Below are positions 28,890-38,791 of a stretch of 64,000 nt of DNA, piece after piece; the stretch's first letter is position 1, and each line of letters begins with the position of its first letter. Made by a program: the position numbers and the translations under genes. The notes beneath the pieces were generated by a model. That model was not told the origin of the DNA. It was given only the letters and a program-made list of their open reading frames with translations, and made no database searches. Origin of the DNA: a virus; the IMG/VR virus record IMGVR_UViG_3300021964_007119, positions 1 through 64,000 of that record; one strand, given 5' to 3'.

Positions 28890-30244
28890 TAGAAGTTAAT
28901 TCCTTGTCTTACAAATTGTTGTGCAAATTTTAAGTTTTCAGAACCCTCTGATACATTATAATCTGGTATTACTGTAAACAAGTTTGGTCTGTAAATAGTA
29001 AATCCTCTTTTTGTGTTATTCAAGTTAAAATTTAAATTAAATTCTACACTATATAGTCCACCAAATCTTTTGTGGTCAGTTGGGATTGGTATTGTTCCTG
29101 TTGTTCCATTACCATTAAATTTTTGTTTTGACTCTGATACAAACTTATCATTACTTACTAAATCAATACCATATAATTTAACTAAAAGTTCTGGTTGTAA
29201 AAATTTTATTTTATCCAAATCTGATATTGTTGTATTTATTTTAAATGGAAAACCAACTACATTAGCTGTCTTATAACCCATTATAAAAGCTCCGTCAAAA
29301 AGTTTAAGTCCACTATCTTCTTTAACTTCTAGTGCTATATCTCTAAGTTTTCTATTATTATCTTGATTCGAATCAATTCCTAATTCATTGAAAGTATCTA
29401 TAAAATTAATATCGTTTGACCCTTCTTGGTCTCCACGATTAATATACGCTCCACCACCAGGCCCATAGTTTGTATTTGCTCCCTTATTACCTATTGTTAT
29501 TTGGAATCCATCATTTTCTACTGATAAAGATTCTAAATCCATAATTTCAAACGCATCATTAATAACAAAATTACCACCAACCATACTATTGTCTAATTGA
29601 ATAGAACTATCAGTTCCAAGTGTAAATTGATTTGAATAATTTGAATTTGGATTATCAAAGTTTACTATATCTTCAGTTGTATTAGCATAAGTTACAATTT
29701 CTTGTTCTGTTAGGGAATTGAATTGTTTTTTATATTCTTCATTTTTTATCGGTAAAGTTGCTAATCTTATTTCCTTTTTACTATTTGATATTTGGTGAAC
29801 ATAGTATTTATAGTCTATTTCTCGTAGTGGTTTTCCTGTTGTTCTTTCAACAACACTACCATCAATCAATACATCATACTCACCAGTATAAATTTCGTTA
29901 TTTTGATTTACTAAAACTGATTCACTACTTCCGGCTACCTCTCTTAAAAAATTAAATTGTATTTCATAATCTCCTGAAAAATAACCATTTCTTCTCATTA
30001 TTATTCCTGGATTTATTTTAAACTCACCACTTTTATCAATGTATTTATTTATTTCATTAAGCCTTATGGAATCCAATAATGTTCCGTTGGTGTTAAAAAT
30101 GTTCATTTCAATATAATCTCTTGATGATTTACCAAATTCTGTTCCTTCTTTTTTTCCAAGCGTAGTCTTTCTACCAAGAGAAATTATATCATAATCTGTA
30201 TCTGATATATTTGTTTTATATTTTTTATTTAAAAAGTGTGCCAT
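28889..30244 (-). CDS. Putative virion/baseplate protein
   Basis: Coupled within baseplate operon. Confidence 0.6.
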   Translation of the reverse strand: MAHFLNKKYKTNISDTDYDIISLGRKTTLGKKEGTEFGKSSRDYIEMNIFNTNGTLLDSIRLNEINKYIDKSGEFKINPGIIMRRNGYFSGDYEIQFNFLREVAGSSESVLVNQNNEIYTGEYDVLIDGSVVERTTGKPLREIDYKYYVHQISNSKKEIRLATLPIKNEEYKKQFNSLTEQEIVTYANTTEDIVNFDNPNSNYSNQFTLGTDSSIQLDNSMVGGNFVINDAFEIMDLESLSVENDGFQITIGNKGANTNYGPGGGAYINRGDQEGSNDINFIDTFNELGIDSNQDNNRKLRDIALEVKEDSGLKLFDGAFIMGYKTANVVGFPFKINTTISDLDKIKFLQPELLVKLYGIDLVSNDKFVSESKQKFNGNGTTGTIPIPTDHKRFGGLYSVEFNLNFNLNNTKRGFTIYRPNLFTVIPDYNVSEGSENLKFAQQFVRQGINF

Positions 30245-30246
30245 AA

Positions 30247-30996
30247 TTAACCTGCATTATAAATCATTGGTGAACCTAATGGAATAGAATCTAAATCTTC
30301 TCTTTCAACTACTAAAATTTCTAATTCAATGTATAGAGACAAAAGTGTTCCCACATAAGAATTAAGAATTTCTTGTGTTGGAAATTGTCTTCTAACATTA
30401 TTTTCTAAATAATAAACTTGTAAATAATTATCAATTTTCTCTTCGTCGGTACTGACTAAAACTTCATTCCAACCATTTGGTGCTATTATATCACCATTAA
30501 CTAAATCAATTGTGTATCCGTTAGTTCTTTCATCTGGAGTTTTTCTTGATGGTGTTAATAGTGTTGGTGTTACTATTGTTCCATCATCATCTACATTTTG
30601 AAATAATCTTGGTTCTAATACATTGTCTTGTGGTTGATTAGCTAATCTAATGGTAGGTAATGATGTTGGTTGATTTACTAACTCATCTATTCTTGTATCA
30701 ATTGTTAAATTAAATTTTTCACCAGATGAATAAACTGGATATTGATTTGGTTTGATAATATTTTGGTCTTCTCTATCTAATCCAGCTCTTTTAAATGGTT
30801 CTTTTAATCTAACTTCATCATTAATATTTTCGAAACTTAACAAAGTCCCGTTTTCGTCAATTATATGATTTCTTATTTCATTATCAATTTGGTCTTGTTG
30901 AGCTTCATCAAGATATAAATTATATTCATCTTGTCTGGCTTTTTTTCTATCTTGATACCATTGATAGTTTTCTAATTCTTCTCGTGTGTAAGGCAC
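30247..30996 (-). CDS. Hypothetical protein of structural operon
   Basis: GTG-start ORF in operon. Confidence 0.55.
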   Translation of the reverse strand: MPYTREELENYQWYQDRKKARQDEYNLYLDEAQQDQIDNEIRNHIIDENGTLLSFENINDEVRLKEPFKRAGLDREDQNIIKPNQYPVYSSGEKFNLTIDTRIDELVNQPTSLPTIRLANQPQDNVLEPRLFQNVDDDGTIVTPTLLTPSRKTPDERTNGYTIDLVNGDIIAPNGWNEVLVSTDEEKIDNYLQVYYLENNVRRQFPTQEILNSYVGTLLSLYIELEILVVEREDLDSIPLGSPMIYNAG

Positions 30997-31000
30997 TTGT

Positions 31001-32101
31001 TTACCTCGTTACTTTAAATATGTGGTCATTGTCTACAATATGTTCTACTCTTGTGTTTCCACTACCACTAACTACCTTGTAAAGAAAACGATAATGTCTT
31101 TCTGGTTGAAATGCGTTTAAATCTAATCTGAAAAAGTTTCCAGTTCCATCACAACTTAAGTAAGAACCTGTTGAAAATGGAATAATAACATCTTCTGTCA
31201 AAGCATCTCTAACTGAATATTGACTTTGACTTGGAATAAATTTCACAGTTAAATTTTGTGAACTTGTTGAATAAGTTCTTGTTGGAAATCTTTCACGACC
31301 ATATACTCTAAATTTAACTTTTGATTTTTCTTTATATTCTTCTCTTAAACCTGACATATAAACCATAACTTCATCAACATCATCTGCGTCCAATGTAGAT
31401 AGTGAACCAGTATTAAATACTGAATCATCATATTCTACTTCTAACTTTGGTGGATAAATTGTATGTGTGTCTCTTGAAAAGAATGCAAAATGTCCAAGTC
31501 TATTCGTACTTCCCTCGTCTAATGAAGATGATGTATTACCTACACTACCAGAGCGTTTTACCATAAATCCTTCGTTTGCTATAGAACCACTTAACCATAG
31601 TTTAGTGATGTCAGTTACATCCATTCTCATATCGGTTGTTTCGTGATTAAACGATTGTGATGCTTCATATTGATTAAACCAAGTTCCACCAGTATTGTTT
31701 GAACCACTAATCCATTGTGTTCCAGTTGTTTCTCCGTCACGATATCTCCAAGAACAACCATCAGTAGTTGCTGGTTGGTCGAAGAATCTACCATCACCTT
31801 GAACCCAAGACTGACTTACTGGATAAGCAAATAATAATTGACTTGTTGTTAATTCTTTTGAGTTAGCGTCATATAAATTTAAATAATATCTTGCATTTTC
31901 AGGAATAATTCCTGCTACAATTGATGACGATATATCTGCTAAATCAAACTTTATTAAAGCTCTTGAAACATTTACAACCGAACCATCGGCGTTCATATCT
32001 TTACGAACTTCTAATATTTCATCTAACCCAGTATTTCTACTTTGAGTAGCACTACCTTCGTATAGTGTTGAATCTTTTTCTGCAAATGAAAAGAAATGCA
32101 T
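31001..32101 (-). CDS. DNRLRE-domain-like virion protein
   Basis: KDSTLYE...NTG...SRALIKFDL...DVTDI...NEGF...PKLEVEY. Confidence 0.7.
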   Translation of the reverse strand: MHFFSFAEKDSTLYEGSATQSRNTGLDEILEVRKDMNADGSVVNVSRALIKFDLADISSSIVAGIIPENARYYLNLYDANSKELTTSQLLFAYPVSQSWVQGDGRFFDQPATTDGCSWRYRDGETTGTQWISGSNNTGGTWFNQYEASQSFNHETTDMRMDVTDITKLWLSGSIANEGFMVKRSGSVGNTSSSLDEGSTNRLGHFAFFSRDTHTIYPPKLEVEYDDSVFNTGSLSTLDADDVDEVMVYMSGLREEYKEKSKVKFRVYGRERFPTRTYSTSSQNLTVKFIPSQSQYSVRDALTEDVIIPFSTGSYLSCDGTGNFFRLDLNAFQPERHYRFLYKVVSGSGNTRVEHIVDNDHIFKVTR

Positions 32102-32103
32102 TA

Positions 32104-34071
32104 TTAGTATCCTCCTTGATTAGTGTTTGTTCCAACGACTTCTCCACGAATATCTTTTAGTGGAAACTTAAGTTCAAATATACTTGGGTCTAATGATGGA
32201 TATAGAATCCCATTTTTTAGGGCTGTATCAACATCATATCCATTACCACTATATCCTTCTGATGTTTCAAATTTATTTACTATTTTAATATCAGTTACTG
32301 AAGCTACACCATCTACTAATGATATTTCGTATCCTAAATCACTCAATACTATTGGTTGATTTATTTGCCAATTATCAATATTAAAAAATTCTGATACTCT
32401 TTCATTTGCTAAACCAAGAACTTGTTCTTGTGAGAAGTTTGATTTGGTAATGATTTTATATTGAACACCTATGTTAATTATGTATCCGTTTTTAATATTT
32501 ACTGCGTCAGTAATTGGTCTAAATCTTGTTAAGTAAGTTTTTAAATTTTGTTTTACTGCATCATTTACAAGTGATAACTTTCTATTAGAGTTATACCCCA
32601 ATACATATAGGTTTAATGCTAATGGATTAGGTATTCTGTTTTGTATTTCTGAAAGTGGTTTACCAACATCTTCTTGTGTTATTTCATAACTTGATTGTGG
32701 TGTTCCACTTAGTTGGTCATCTTGAACTATATAAGCTTTTGCAATGTTTCCATATTTGTCAGGTAATGCATAAGTTCTAATGATATAATCTTCTTTAGTA
32801 ACTGCTCTACCTTGAGCTTGAAAATAAGCTTTAATATTTTCTCTCAACTCGTCAACACTTTCTGCACCAAGACCACCTGACGATGCTTCTGGATTAGAAA
32901 TTCTAACTGATTGTTTTACGGTATCTAATGTTGATTGACTTAAGTTAGTAGAATCTATTTCTAATGTGATACCAGCAATCTTATTAATTTCATCAACACC
33001 AACATTGTCTTGAATACCACCACCATATTGATAAGTAATTGATAGTGTTGTGTTGGAAGGTGCTAACCCGTAAGTTTTTGTTTTTAAAAAATTACTTGGG
33101 TCAAATGTTTCATAAATTTTTGAAGGACTATCTGGTAGATTAGAACCAACATTATCAGGATTTGGAATAATGTCTTCATCTGCATTATCACTAACACCGG
33201 CTCCAAATCGTAATTCTGTTTTTCCATCTGGTCTTCTGTAAGTTGTAAATCTTCTTGATACTCTTTTTAATTTTAATAGATAAGGAACATCATCTGAGTA
33301 TTGTGCTAATCCTGGGTCATTGTTTGAATTATTTTCTACTTCATCAAATACTGTATCTTGTGCTAAAGAATCAACTTCGTTCCAATTGTTTCCGTCTGAA
33401 TCTACTACACTTATAATGTCTATGATACTAGTGTTTGATAATTTAATTCTTGAATATTTTTTAGCACTTGTAAAAGTAAAATCTTCACTTGTAATAGCAC
33501 CACTTTGTGCTTGAACTTGTTTTTTTAACAAATAAAATGTTGGTGAATCATTACTATCGGTTTCAAATACCGTAGTAACTCTTGGTGAAGAAGTTGTGTT
33601 GTTGTATCTAAAATCACAACCTTGTATTGTTCTGAAAGTTACTCCGTCTGATGTTTCAACGCGAGCTCCTACTGGAATATTTAATGCATAATCATAATCG
33701 GGTTCTATACTAGATGCTGTTCCTTTTGCTGGAACTAATTGAAATATGTCTAGTGTTACTTGTGAAGGAGCAGTTAATCTTGGTTTATATCCAAATGTTT
33801 GAGCCATTGAATATAAAGTTCTTAATTCTTCCGAATATCCTAATAAAGATTCTTTGAATTGTGAATCAACATAATATGACATAACATCACCAACATAAGA
33901 TGCCATTTCAATAAACATCATACCAGGTGATGATTCGTTAAAATCTTTGTAAGTGTTTGGATAATATTGTTTTGAAAACTCAATCAAGTTATTTCTAATT
34001 TGAGAGAAGTCTTTATTTAAATACCTCACTTCTTTATTTACTTTTCCAGTTTTATTACTTCTGTATGCCAT
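32104..34071 (-). CDS. Baseplate wedge subunit (T4 gp6 / baseplate J-like)
   Basis: KDFSQIR...DFNESSPGMMFIE...GYKP; ELRFG; GGLGAES...RAVTKEDY. Confidence 0.9.
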   Translation of the reverse strand: MAYRSNKTGKVNKEVRYLNKDFSQIRNNLIEFSKQYYPNTYKDFNESSPGMMFIEMASYVGDVMSYYVDSQFKESLLGYSEELRTLYSMAQTFGYKPRLTAPSQVTLDIFQLVPAKGTASSIEPDYDYALNIPVGARVETSDGVTFRTIQGCDFRYNNTTSSPRVTTVFETDSNDSPTFYLLKKQVQAQSGAITSEDFTFTSAKKYSRIKLSNTSIIDIISVVDSDGNNWNEVDSLAQDTVFDEVENNSNNDPGLAQYSDDVPYLLKLKRVSRRFTTYRRPDGKTELRFGAGVSDNADEDIIPNPDNVGSNLPDSPSKIYETFDPSNFLKTKTYGLAPSNTTLSITYQYGGGIQDNVGVDEINKIAGITLEIDSTNLSQSTLDTVKQSVRISNPEASSGGLGAESVDELRENIKAYFQAQGRAVTKEDYIIRTYALPDKYGNIAKAYIVQDDQLSGTPQSSYEITQEDVGKPLSEIQNRIPNPLALNLYVLGYNSNRKLSLVNDAVKQNLKTYLTRFRPITDAVNIKNGYIINIGVQYKIITKSNFSQEQVLGLANERVSEFFNIDNWQINQPIVLSDLGYEISLVDGVASVTDIKIVNKFETSEGYSGNGYDVDTALKNGILYPSLDPSIFELKFPLKDIRGEVVGTNTNQGGY

Positions 34072-34080
34072 TATTTACTC

Positions 34081-34524
34081 CTAATATCCACCACTAGTTG
34101 TTGTTGACTCTGATGTAGTGTCAAAATTTAATGTGATAGAATTAAATCTATTTGGTTCATAGTTTAAAGAAAAATCAATATCTACTTTTGTTTCTGTTGG
34201 ATTGGTTTCGTTTTGAATTACATCAACTTTCGCTATATCAATGTATGGTAACCAAGTAGACATTGCTTCTTGTATTTCTTGTTTTATTCTTTCGGTTAAA
34301 TCTTCTGTATATTGTTCAAACAATAAATCTCTTAAACGAGAGCCGAAGTTAGGTTGCATTACTCGTTCACCTTTAGCGGTTAGTAAAAGGTTTTTTATGT
34401 TAGAACCCGCTTGTTCTAATGTTGTTTCCGTTTGTGGAAATAAACCTGACTTTCCTCTATTGAAAGGTAGTTTTAAACCGATACGAATATCTGGGTTTAA
34501 ATCATTTTCTCTTGCACTTGCCAT
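34081..34524 (-). CDS. Baseplate wedge gp25-like protein
   Basis: NIKNLLLTAKGERVMQPNFGSRL...LFE. Confidence 0.92.
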   Translation of the reverse strand: MASARENDLNPDIRIGLKLPFNRGKSGLFPQTETTLEQAGSNIKNLLLTAKGERVMQPNFGSRLRDLLFEQYTEDLTERIKQEIQEAMSTWLPYIDIAKVDVIQNETNPTETKVDIDFSLNYEPNRFNSITLNFDTTSESTTTSGGY

Positions 34525-34949
34525 TATTTACCTTTTTTCTTATCTATAGCTTTTATTAAATCTGAATAGTCTCTTGTCAAAGCGTTCTTTAAGTGCTCTG
34601 GAGCTGCTTCTGGATTCATACCCGCACTTTTCATTGTGCTTGCGGCCGCTACTTCTCGTTTAACTTCTTTATTTCCCAAACCACCGCCGTATCCTAACAT
34701 TTCGGTCATACGACTTGTATCAAAAGTTCCCCCGCCTAATGTTGGGTATTCTTCTTGTTGTTGAGCAGTTTCGTTTAGAATTTTATTAAGAACCGAGTTG
34801 TCTGTAAACTTCTGTTCCTTAACTTTTTTCTTAACTACTGGTTTTGTTTTGGGAATATTTGTTTCGTTAATAAGTATATCGGTTATCTGTTTTTTAACCT
34901 CTTGTTTGACAACTTCTTTTATTAATGATACTAATTTATTCGATTTCAT
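34524..34949 (-). CDS. Hypothetical protein
   Basis: Coupled ORF. Confidence 0.65.
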   Translation of the reverse strand: MKSNKLVSLIKEVVKQEVKKQITDILINETNIPKTKPVVKKKVKEQKFTDNSVLNKILNETAQQQEEYPTLGGGTFDTSRMTEMLGYGGGLGNKEVKREVAAASTMKSAGMNPEAAPEHLKNALTRDYSDLIKAIDKKKGK

Positions 34950-34957
34950 TTTTACTC

Positions 34958-36214
34958 CTAATCTGTTATGATATCCCTTCTTAAAAAATCTCCTTTTGCA
35001 AATTTACTAATTACTTTTGTAAGTTTACCAAGTGCTATTGCAAAACCAACTGGGTCTGTTGCAGCTTTCGGTGTTGCTTGTTCTAAACCTTTTTGAGCAT
35101 TTTTATATTCATTTTCTAATTTTACAAATTCATCTGTTTTAAGTGTTGGTCTTAAATTTGTTATTTGTCCTAAAGTTTTACTTGGGTCAATTTTTATATT
35201 GTTTAACTTTTGTTGTAATTGTTTTAGTTCTTCAAATTCTTTTTGTGGAACATTACCAAGTTTTTTAATTTCTTCAATACACTTTTGAATTTCTCTTTTT
35301 ACAGCTTCAATAGGGCCGTTTCTTAAATTATCTAAAATCTTTTTGGTTTCACCAGTAAATATTGTTCCGTCTTTTTGATTATGTTTTATTTCAACATTTT
35401 TTCCAATAACTTCATTAAGTTCTCCTGATTGTTGTCTAAGAACTTGTTTGGCGTTTAAAACAATATAATCGGCATCCAACACAATTACTGAACCTTTAGT
35501 ATAAATATCACTTAAATCTGGATTTGGATTTTTTATTTCTTGACTACTACCTCTACCTTGAACATAAATTGAAGCTTCATCTTTTTCTAAATCGTGTTTT
35601 ACTGGTTCATTTACTTCAAGTTCTTCGGTGTTGTGTCCGGCTACTATTTGAACACTTGGAACTAAATCGTTTTCACCAATTTTTATAGAACTAGCATATC
35701 TACCAGTTAAAACTAAATCACCACGATTAGCTTCTATGTTTCTTTGATATCTAAAATCTTCATCTGTTGTTTGTATAGAAATTTTTGTGTTGTTTCTATC
35801 ACTTAGTCCTGTTTTAATATTATTGTTTGGATTGTTTTTTATATTGATAATATCACTATAATAAGTTTGTCCAAAATAATTTACACATACAACATTTTCA
35901 CCAACAACAGGATATCTTTTTATTTGTGTATCTATTGGCAGTATGTGGACACCATCACCTAAAATTTGTTGGTCTTTATTGTTACACCAACTTCCTTTTA
36001 TAGCTCCGTAATATTTGTAGTTTGGTTTTCCATTAGATTTTTTTGGAAGTTTATTTTTATCTAGTAAAACTTCTTTTACTTCTAGTGGTTCAAGTTCATA
36101 AAAATCATATTCTCTTGAATCCATTATTCTATGAATATCAGAGTGAATTCTTTGAACTTGTGAATTACCAAAACTTGTTATGTTTGATGATTTGGTTTTT
36201 CTTCTTTCGGCCAT
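34958..36214 (-). CDS. Putative baseplate hub/spike protein (gp5-like N-terminal OB fold)
   Basis: YPVVGENV, GDLVLTGRYASSI; position upstream of gp25. Confidence 0.55.
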   Translation of the reverse strand: MAERRKTKSSNITSFGNSQVQRIHSDIHRIMDSREYDFYELEPLEVKEVLLDKNKLPKKSNGKPNYKYYGAIKGSWCNNKDQQILGDGVHILPIDTQIKRYPVVGENVVCVNYFGQTYYSDIINIKNNPNNNIKTGLSDRNNTKISIQTTDEDFRYQRNIEANRGDLVLTGRYASSIKIGENDLVPSVQIVAGHNTEELEVNEPVKHDLEKDEASIYVQGRGSSQEIKNPNPDLSDIYTKGSVIVLDADYIVLNAKQVLRQQSGELNEVIGKNVEIKHNQKDGTIFTGETKKILDNLRNGPIEAVKREIQKCIEEIKKLGNVPQKEFEELKQLQQKLNNIKIDPSKTLGQITNLRPTLKTDEFVKLENEYKNAQKGLEQATPKAATDPVGFAIALGKLTKVISKFAKGDFLRRDIITD

Positions 36215-36215
36215 T

Positions 36216-36605
36216 TTATTGTTTAGATTCTATATCTTTTCTAATTTTATCAGATGTTTCTTGCAAATCTTTTGTATCGTGTTCTAATATAGTGTTCATA
36301 ATATCTTGTTTTTCTATTTCAGATAAACCAAATTCACTTTCTGCTTCACCCTTACTTTCTGCAGAAATAATTTTCTGAACAATGTTAGCTAACTTTACTA
36401 ATAACTCATCATTACGAACATTGATTTCTAAATACTCTTTAATCATTGGAACTATCTGAACAGCTGTATCTCCGTCTTTAATCATAGAAGTAATGTTCTT
36501 AGTTAAGACATCTAATTGTTTTCTGTTGTAGTTTTGATTTTCGTAAATATCTTGAAACAACGACGATAATGACTTTCCTTTAAATATTTCATAATCGTTT
36601 GACAT
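36216..36605 (-). CDS. Hypothetical helical phage protein
   Basis: First gene of structural operon after ATATTTAT motif. Confidence 0.65.
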   Translation of the reverse strand: MSNDYEIFKGKSLSSLFQDIYENQNYNRKQLDVLTKNITSMIKDGDTAVQIVPMIKEYLEINVRNDELLVKLANIVQKIISAESKGEAESEFGLSEIEKQDIMNTILEHDTKDLQETSDKIRKDIESKQ

Positions 36606-36638
36606 AATATAATCCTTTAACTATAAATATATGGAAAC

Positions 36639-36680
36639 AAAAAAAGGGAACAAAATAAATTAATACTCTGTCCCCCTTTT
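36639..36680 (-). terminator. Intrinsic terminator
   Basis: AAAAGGGGGA...TTCCCTTTTTTT on minus strand. Confidence 0.65.
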
Positions 36681-36725
36681 CAGTTTAAGTAATATGTAGG
36701 AAATATTACTTATTATTTCGCGTTC

Positions 36726-36947
36726 CTACTTACGAATTAGACCTAATAATATCACTAATGTGATGAAACCAGCAAAACCGCTTTCACCAAACATATTAAC
36801 AAGTGACATTAAATTAGCTATAACATCTAACCCAAATAATCCGCCTTGGAATATAATTCCTGCAACGGCACCCAGGCCAATAAGAGAAATAAGAACTGAC
36901 ATTAAGTCGTCTACATATCCCTTTATTAATTTAATGATGTCTTTCAT
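36726..36947 (-). CDS. Small membrane protein (73 aa)
   Basis: GGAGG RBS; hydrophobic Gly-rich helices; own leader hairpin and terminator. Confidence 0.75.
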   Translation of the reverse strand: MKDIIKLIKGYVDDLMSVLISLIGLGAVAGIIFQGGLFGLDVIANLMSLVNMFGESGFAGFITLVILLGLIRK

Positions 36948-37021
36948 AGTTTGTTTCCTCCGTATTGTGAACAAATATACCCCACATACGCGGGGTAATC
37001 CTAAATAACTATCTATATTTA

Positions 37022-37738
37022 TTAGTTATGAATAACAAAAGACCCAGTGGTCTTTGTGTCAATGAATCCATTTACTTGAAATTCCTTGTAAATACCTTTC
37101 TGATACTTTTTCATTACATTGATAACTCGTGTAATGTGTTGTGTGTTTGATTGTGTCATTTCTCTAATTAAGATGTATAGAGCTTTTTTATTAAACAATT
37201 CTATATTACCTTTGATTCTAAAAATATGTAATACTGCATCAGCAACTCTTACATCTTTTTGTCGTCTAAATATTACATTCATATTGTTATCCCAATACTC
37301 TAACATCTGTTGAACAAATTCATTAAACTCTTGGTTTGTATTTTTTTGAGAAATCTCTGTTTGAATACTTCTATCCCAATCCATAACATCAATCTTGTCG
37401 TGTGTTTTCATTTTTTTATAATTGTTGTTGTTATGTAGGATTAAATAATTTTTAGCTACGATACTAAAATATGAAAATGCTTTTCCTTTACCTGATGTAA
37501 ACTTATGCATATTCATAACTAAAAAACTTACTACTTCATTTTTAACTTCTTCTGATGAAACATCAAAATAATAAAACTTAAATGTGTGAATTATGTTTTC
37601 ACATAATTTATCAAAAGCATCTTTTATGTGGTCGTTGTATATTCTATTTCTCATAGCAGGTCTTTCTTCGTTGTTATAACGAATAATTGCTTTTTCTGTT
37701 ACATCTGTAAAGTAATAATTTTTTCTCTTACGGCCCAT
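37022..37738 (-). CDS. Phage sigma factor, T4 gp55-like (late transcription)
   Basis: NYYFT start, region-2-like KF..GKGKAFSYFSIVAKNY. Confidence 0.7.
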   Translation of the reverse strand: MGRKRKNYYFTDVTEKAIIRYNNEERPAMRNRIYNDHIKDAFDKLCENIIHTFKFYYFDVSSEEVKNEVVSFLVMNMHKFTSGKGKAFSYFSIVAKNYLILHNNNNYKKMKTHDKIDVMDWDRSIQTEISQKNTNQEFNEFVQQMLEYWDNNMNVIFRRQKDVRVADAVLHIFRIKGNIELFNKKALYILIREMTQSNTQHITRVINVMKKYQKGIYKEFQVNGFIDTKTTGSFVIHN

Positions 37739-38005
37739 TTAGTTCTCCTCAGTAATTTCTGTTAATTCCTCAAGTGATTGAACTTCTTGTTTTATTTGTT
37801 CAAACACTTGACCCACCTCATCATCAACTTCAAAGTATCCTTTGTAATCAATCTTTCTAATATTTGTATTTACTTCATTAATCTTATCAATATAATCTTC
37901 AACCCAATCCTCAAGTTGTTCTTGTTTAACCAATAAGTTATAAACTGCATAAATTAATGATACTGAAAGTATTACAAAAAATCCTAATGTTATTTCTAAT
38001 ATCAT
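37739..38005 (-). CDS. Membrane-anchored acidic protein
   Basis: N-terminal TM, coiled coil. Confidence 0.65.
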   Translation of the reverse strand: MILEITLGFFVILSVSLIYAVYNLLVKQEQLEDWVEDYIDKINEVNTNIRKIDYKGYFEVDDEVGQVFEQIKQEVQSLEELTEITEEN

Positions 38006-38790
38006 TTTTTATCTCCAAATAATTCATCAAATAAGTCATTAGATATTTTACCAGGTTTATCTTGTAGTTCTACTGGTTTATCATTACTACCTAAAACTTC
38101 TTTGATGTTTTTTATTTTTTCAAATGTTTCTGTTTCTTCTTTTTCAATTGATTCTTTTGTTAAACGACCCTCTATCTGAGCGGCCATCATATCAGCTTGA
38201 TGAAGAATATATTGTATTGTAGAACGAAGTTGAAACTCTGATTTATACGCTACTAAATAACTTTTATTTGCTTCTTCATACATTCCGTCTGTTAATCTGA
38301 TTCCGATAAATTCTTTTTTAGTAATTGGTATATTATAATGTTGTAGTAAAAAGAAAGCTCTATCTGTTACTGACATATATTCACACTTTGGATTGTGTGT
38401 AAATATTTCCCCCATATTCTTTCTTCTCCACTCGTTGTCTTGTGGAATATAATAATCATTTTCTAAATCACCAACTTTACCTAAGTCGTGGTGTAAGGCC
38501 GAAAATACTAATTCTTCATCTGTAAAATCTATTTTACAATTACTTTGTTCCCACAACTCTTTTACTTTTAATGAAAAATCTACTACTCTTAATATATGGT
38601 CTACATAACCACCTAACATTGCGTTATGATAGTGTTCTTTAGCACTTGCGGGAGCCATCATAAATCTATCTTTCATATCTTCATACATCTTTAATACTTT
38701 TTCTTTCCTATCACCAGTAATGTGAAGTTGGATTGTATTAATTAATGAATCATAATTCTGTTGTATTTGTTCTGCTGTAAGTTCTCTCAT
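38002..38790 (-). CDS. HD-domain phosphohydrolase
   Basis: APAS...HNA..GG..DH; ALHHDLGK; LHQAD. Confidence 0.85.
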   Translation of the reverse strand: MRELTAEQIQQNYDSLINTIQLHITGDRKEKVLKMYEDMKDRFMMAPASAKEHYHNAMLGGYVDHILRVVDFSLKVKELWEQSNCKIDFTDEELVFSALHHDLGKVGDLENDYYIPQDNEWRRKNMGEIFTHNPKCEYMSVTDRAFFLLQHYNIPITKKEFIGIRLTDGMYEEANKSYLVAYKSEFQLRSTIQYILHQADMMAAQIEGRLTKESIEKEETETFEKIKNIKEVLGSNDKPVELQDKPGKISNDLFDELFGDKK

Positions 38791-38791
38791 T

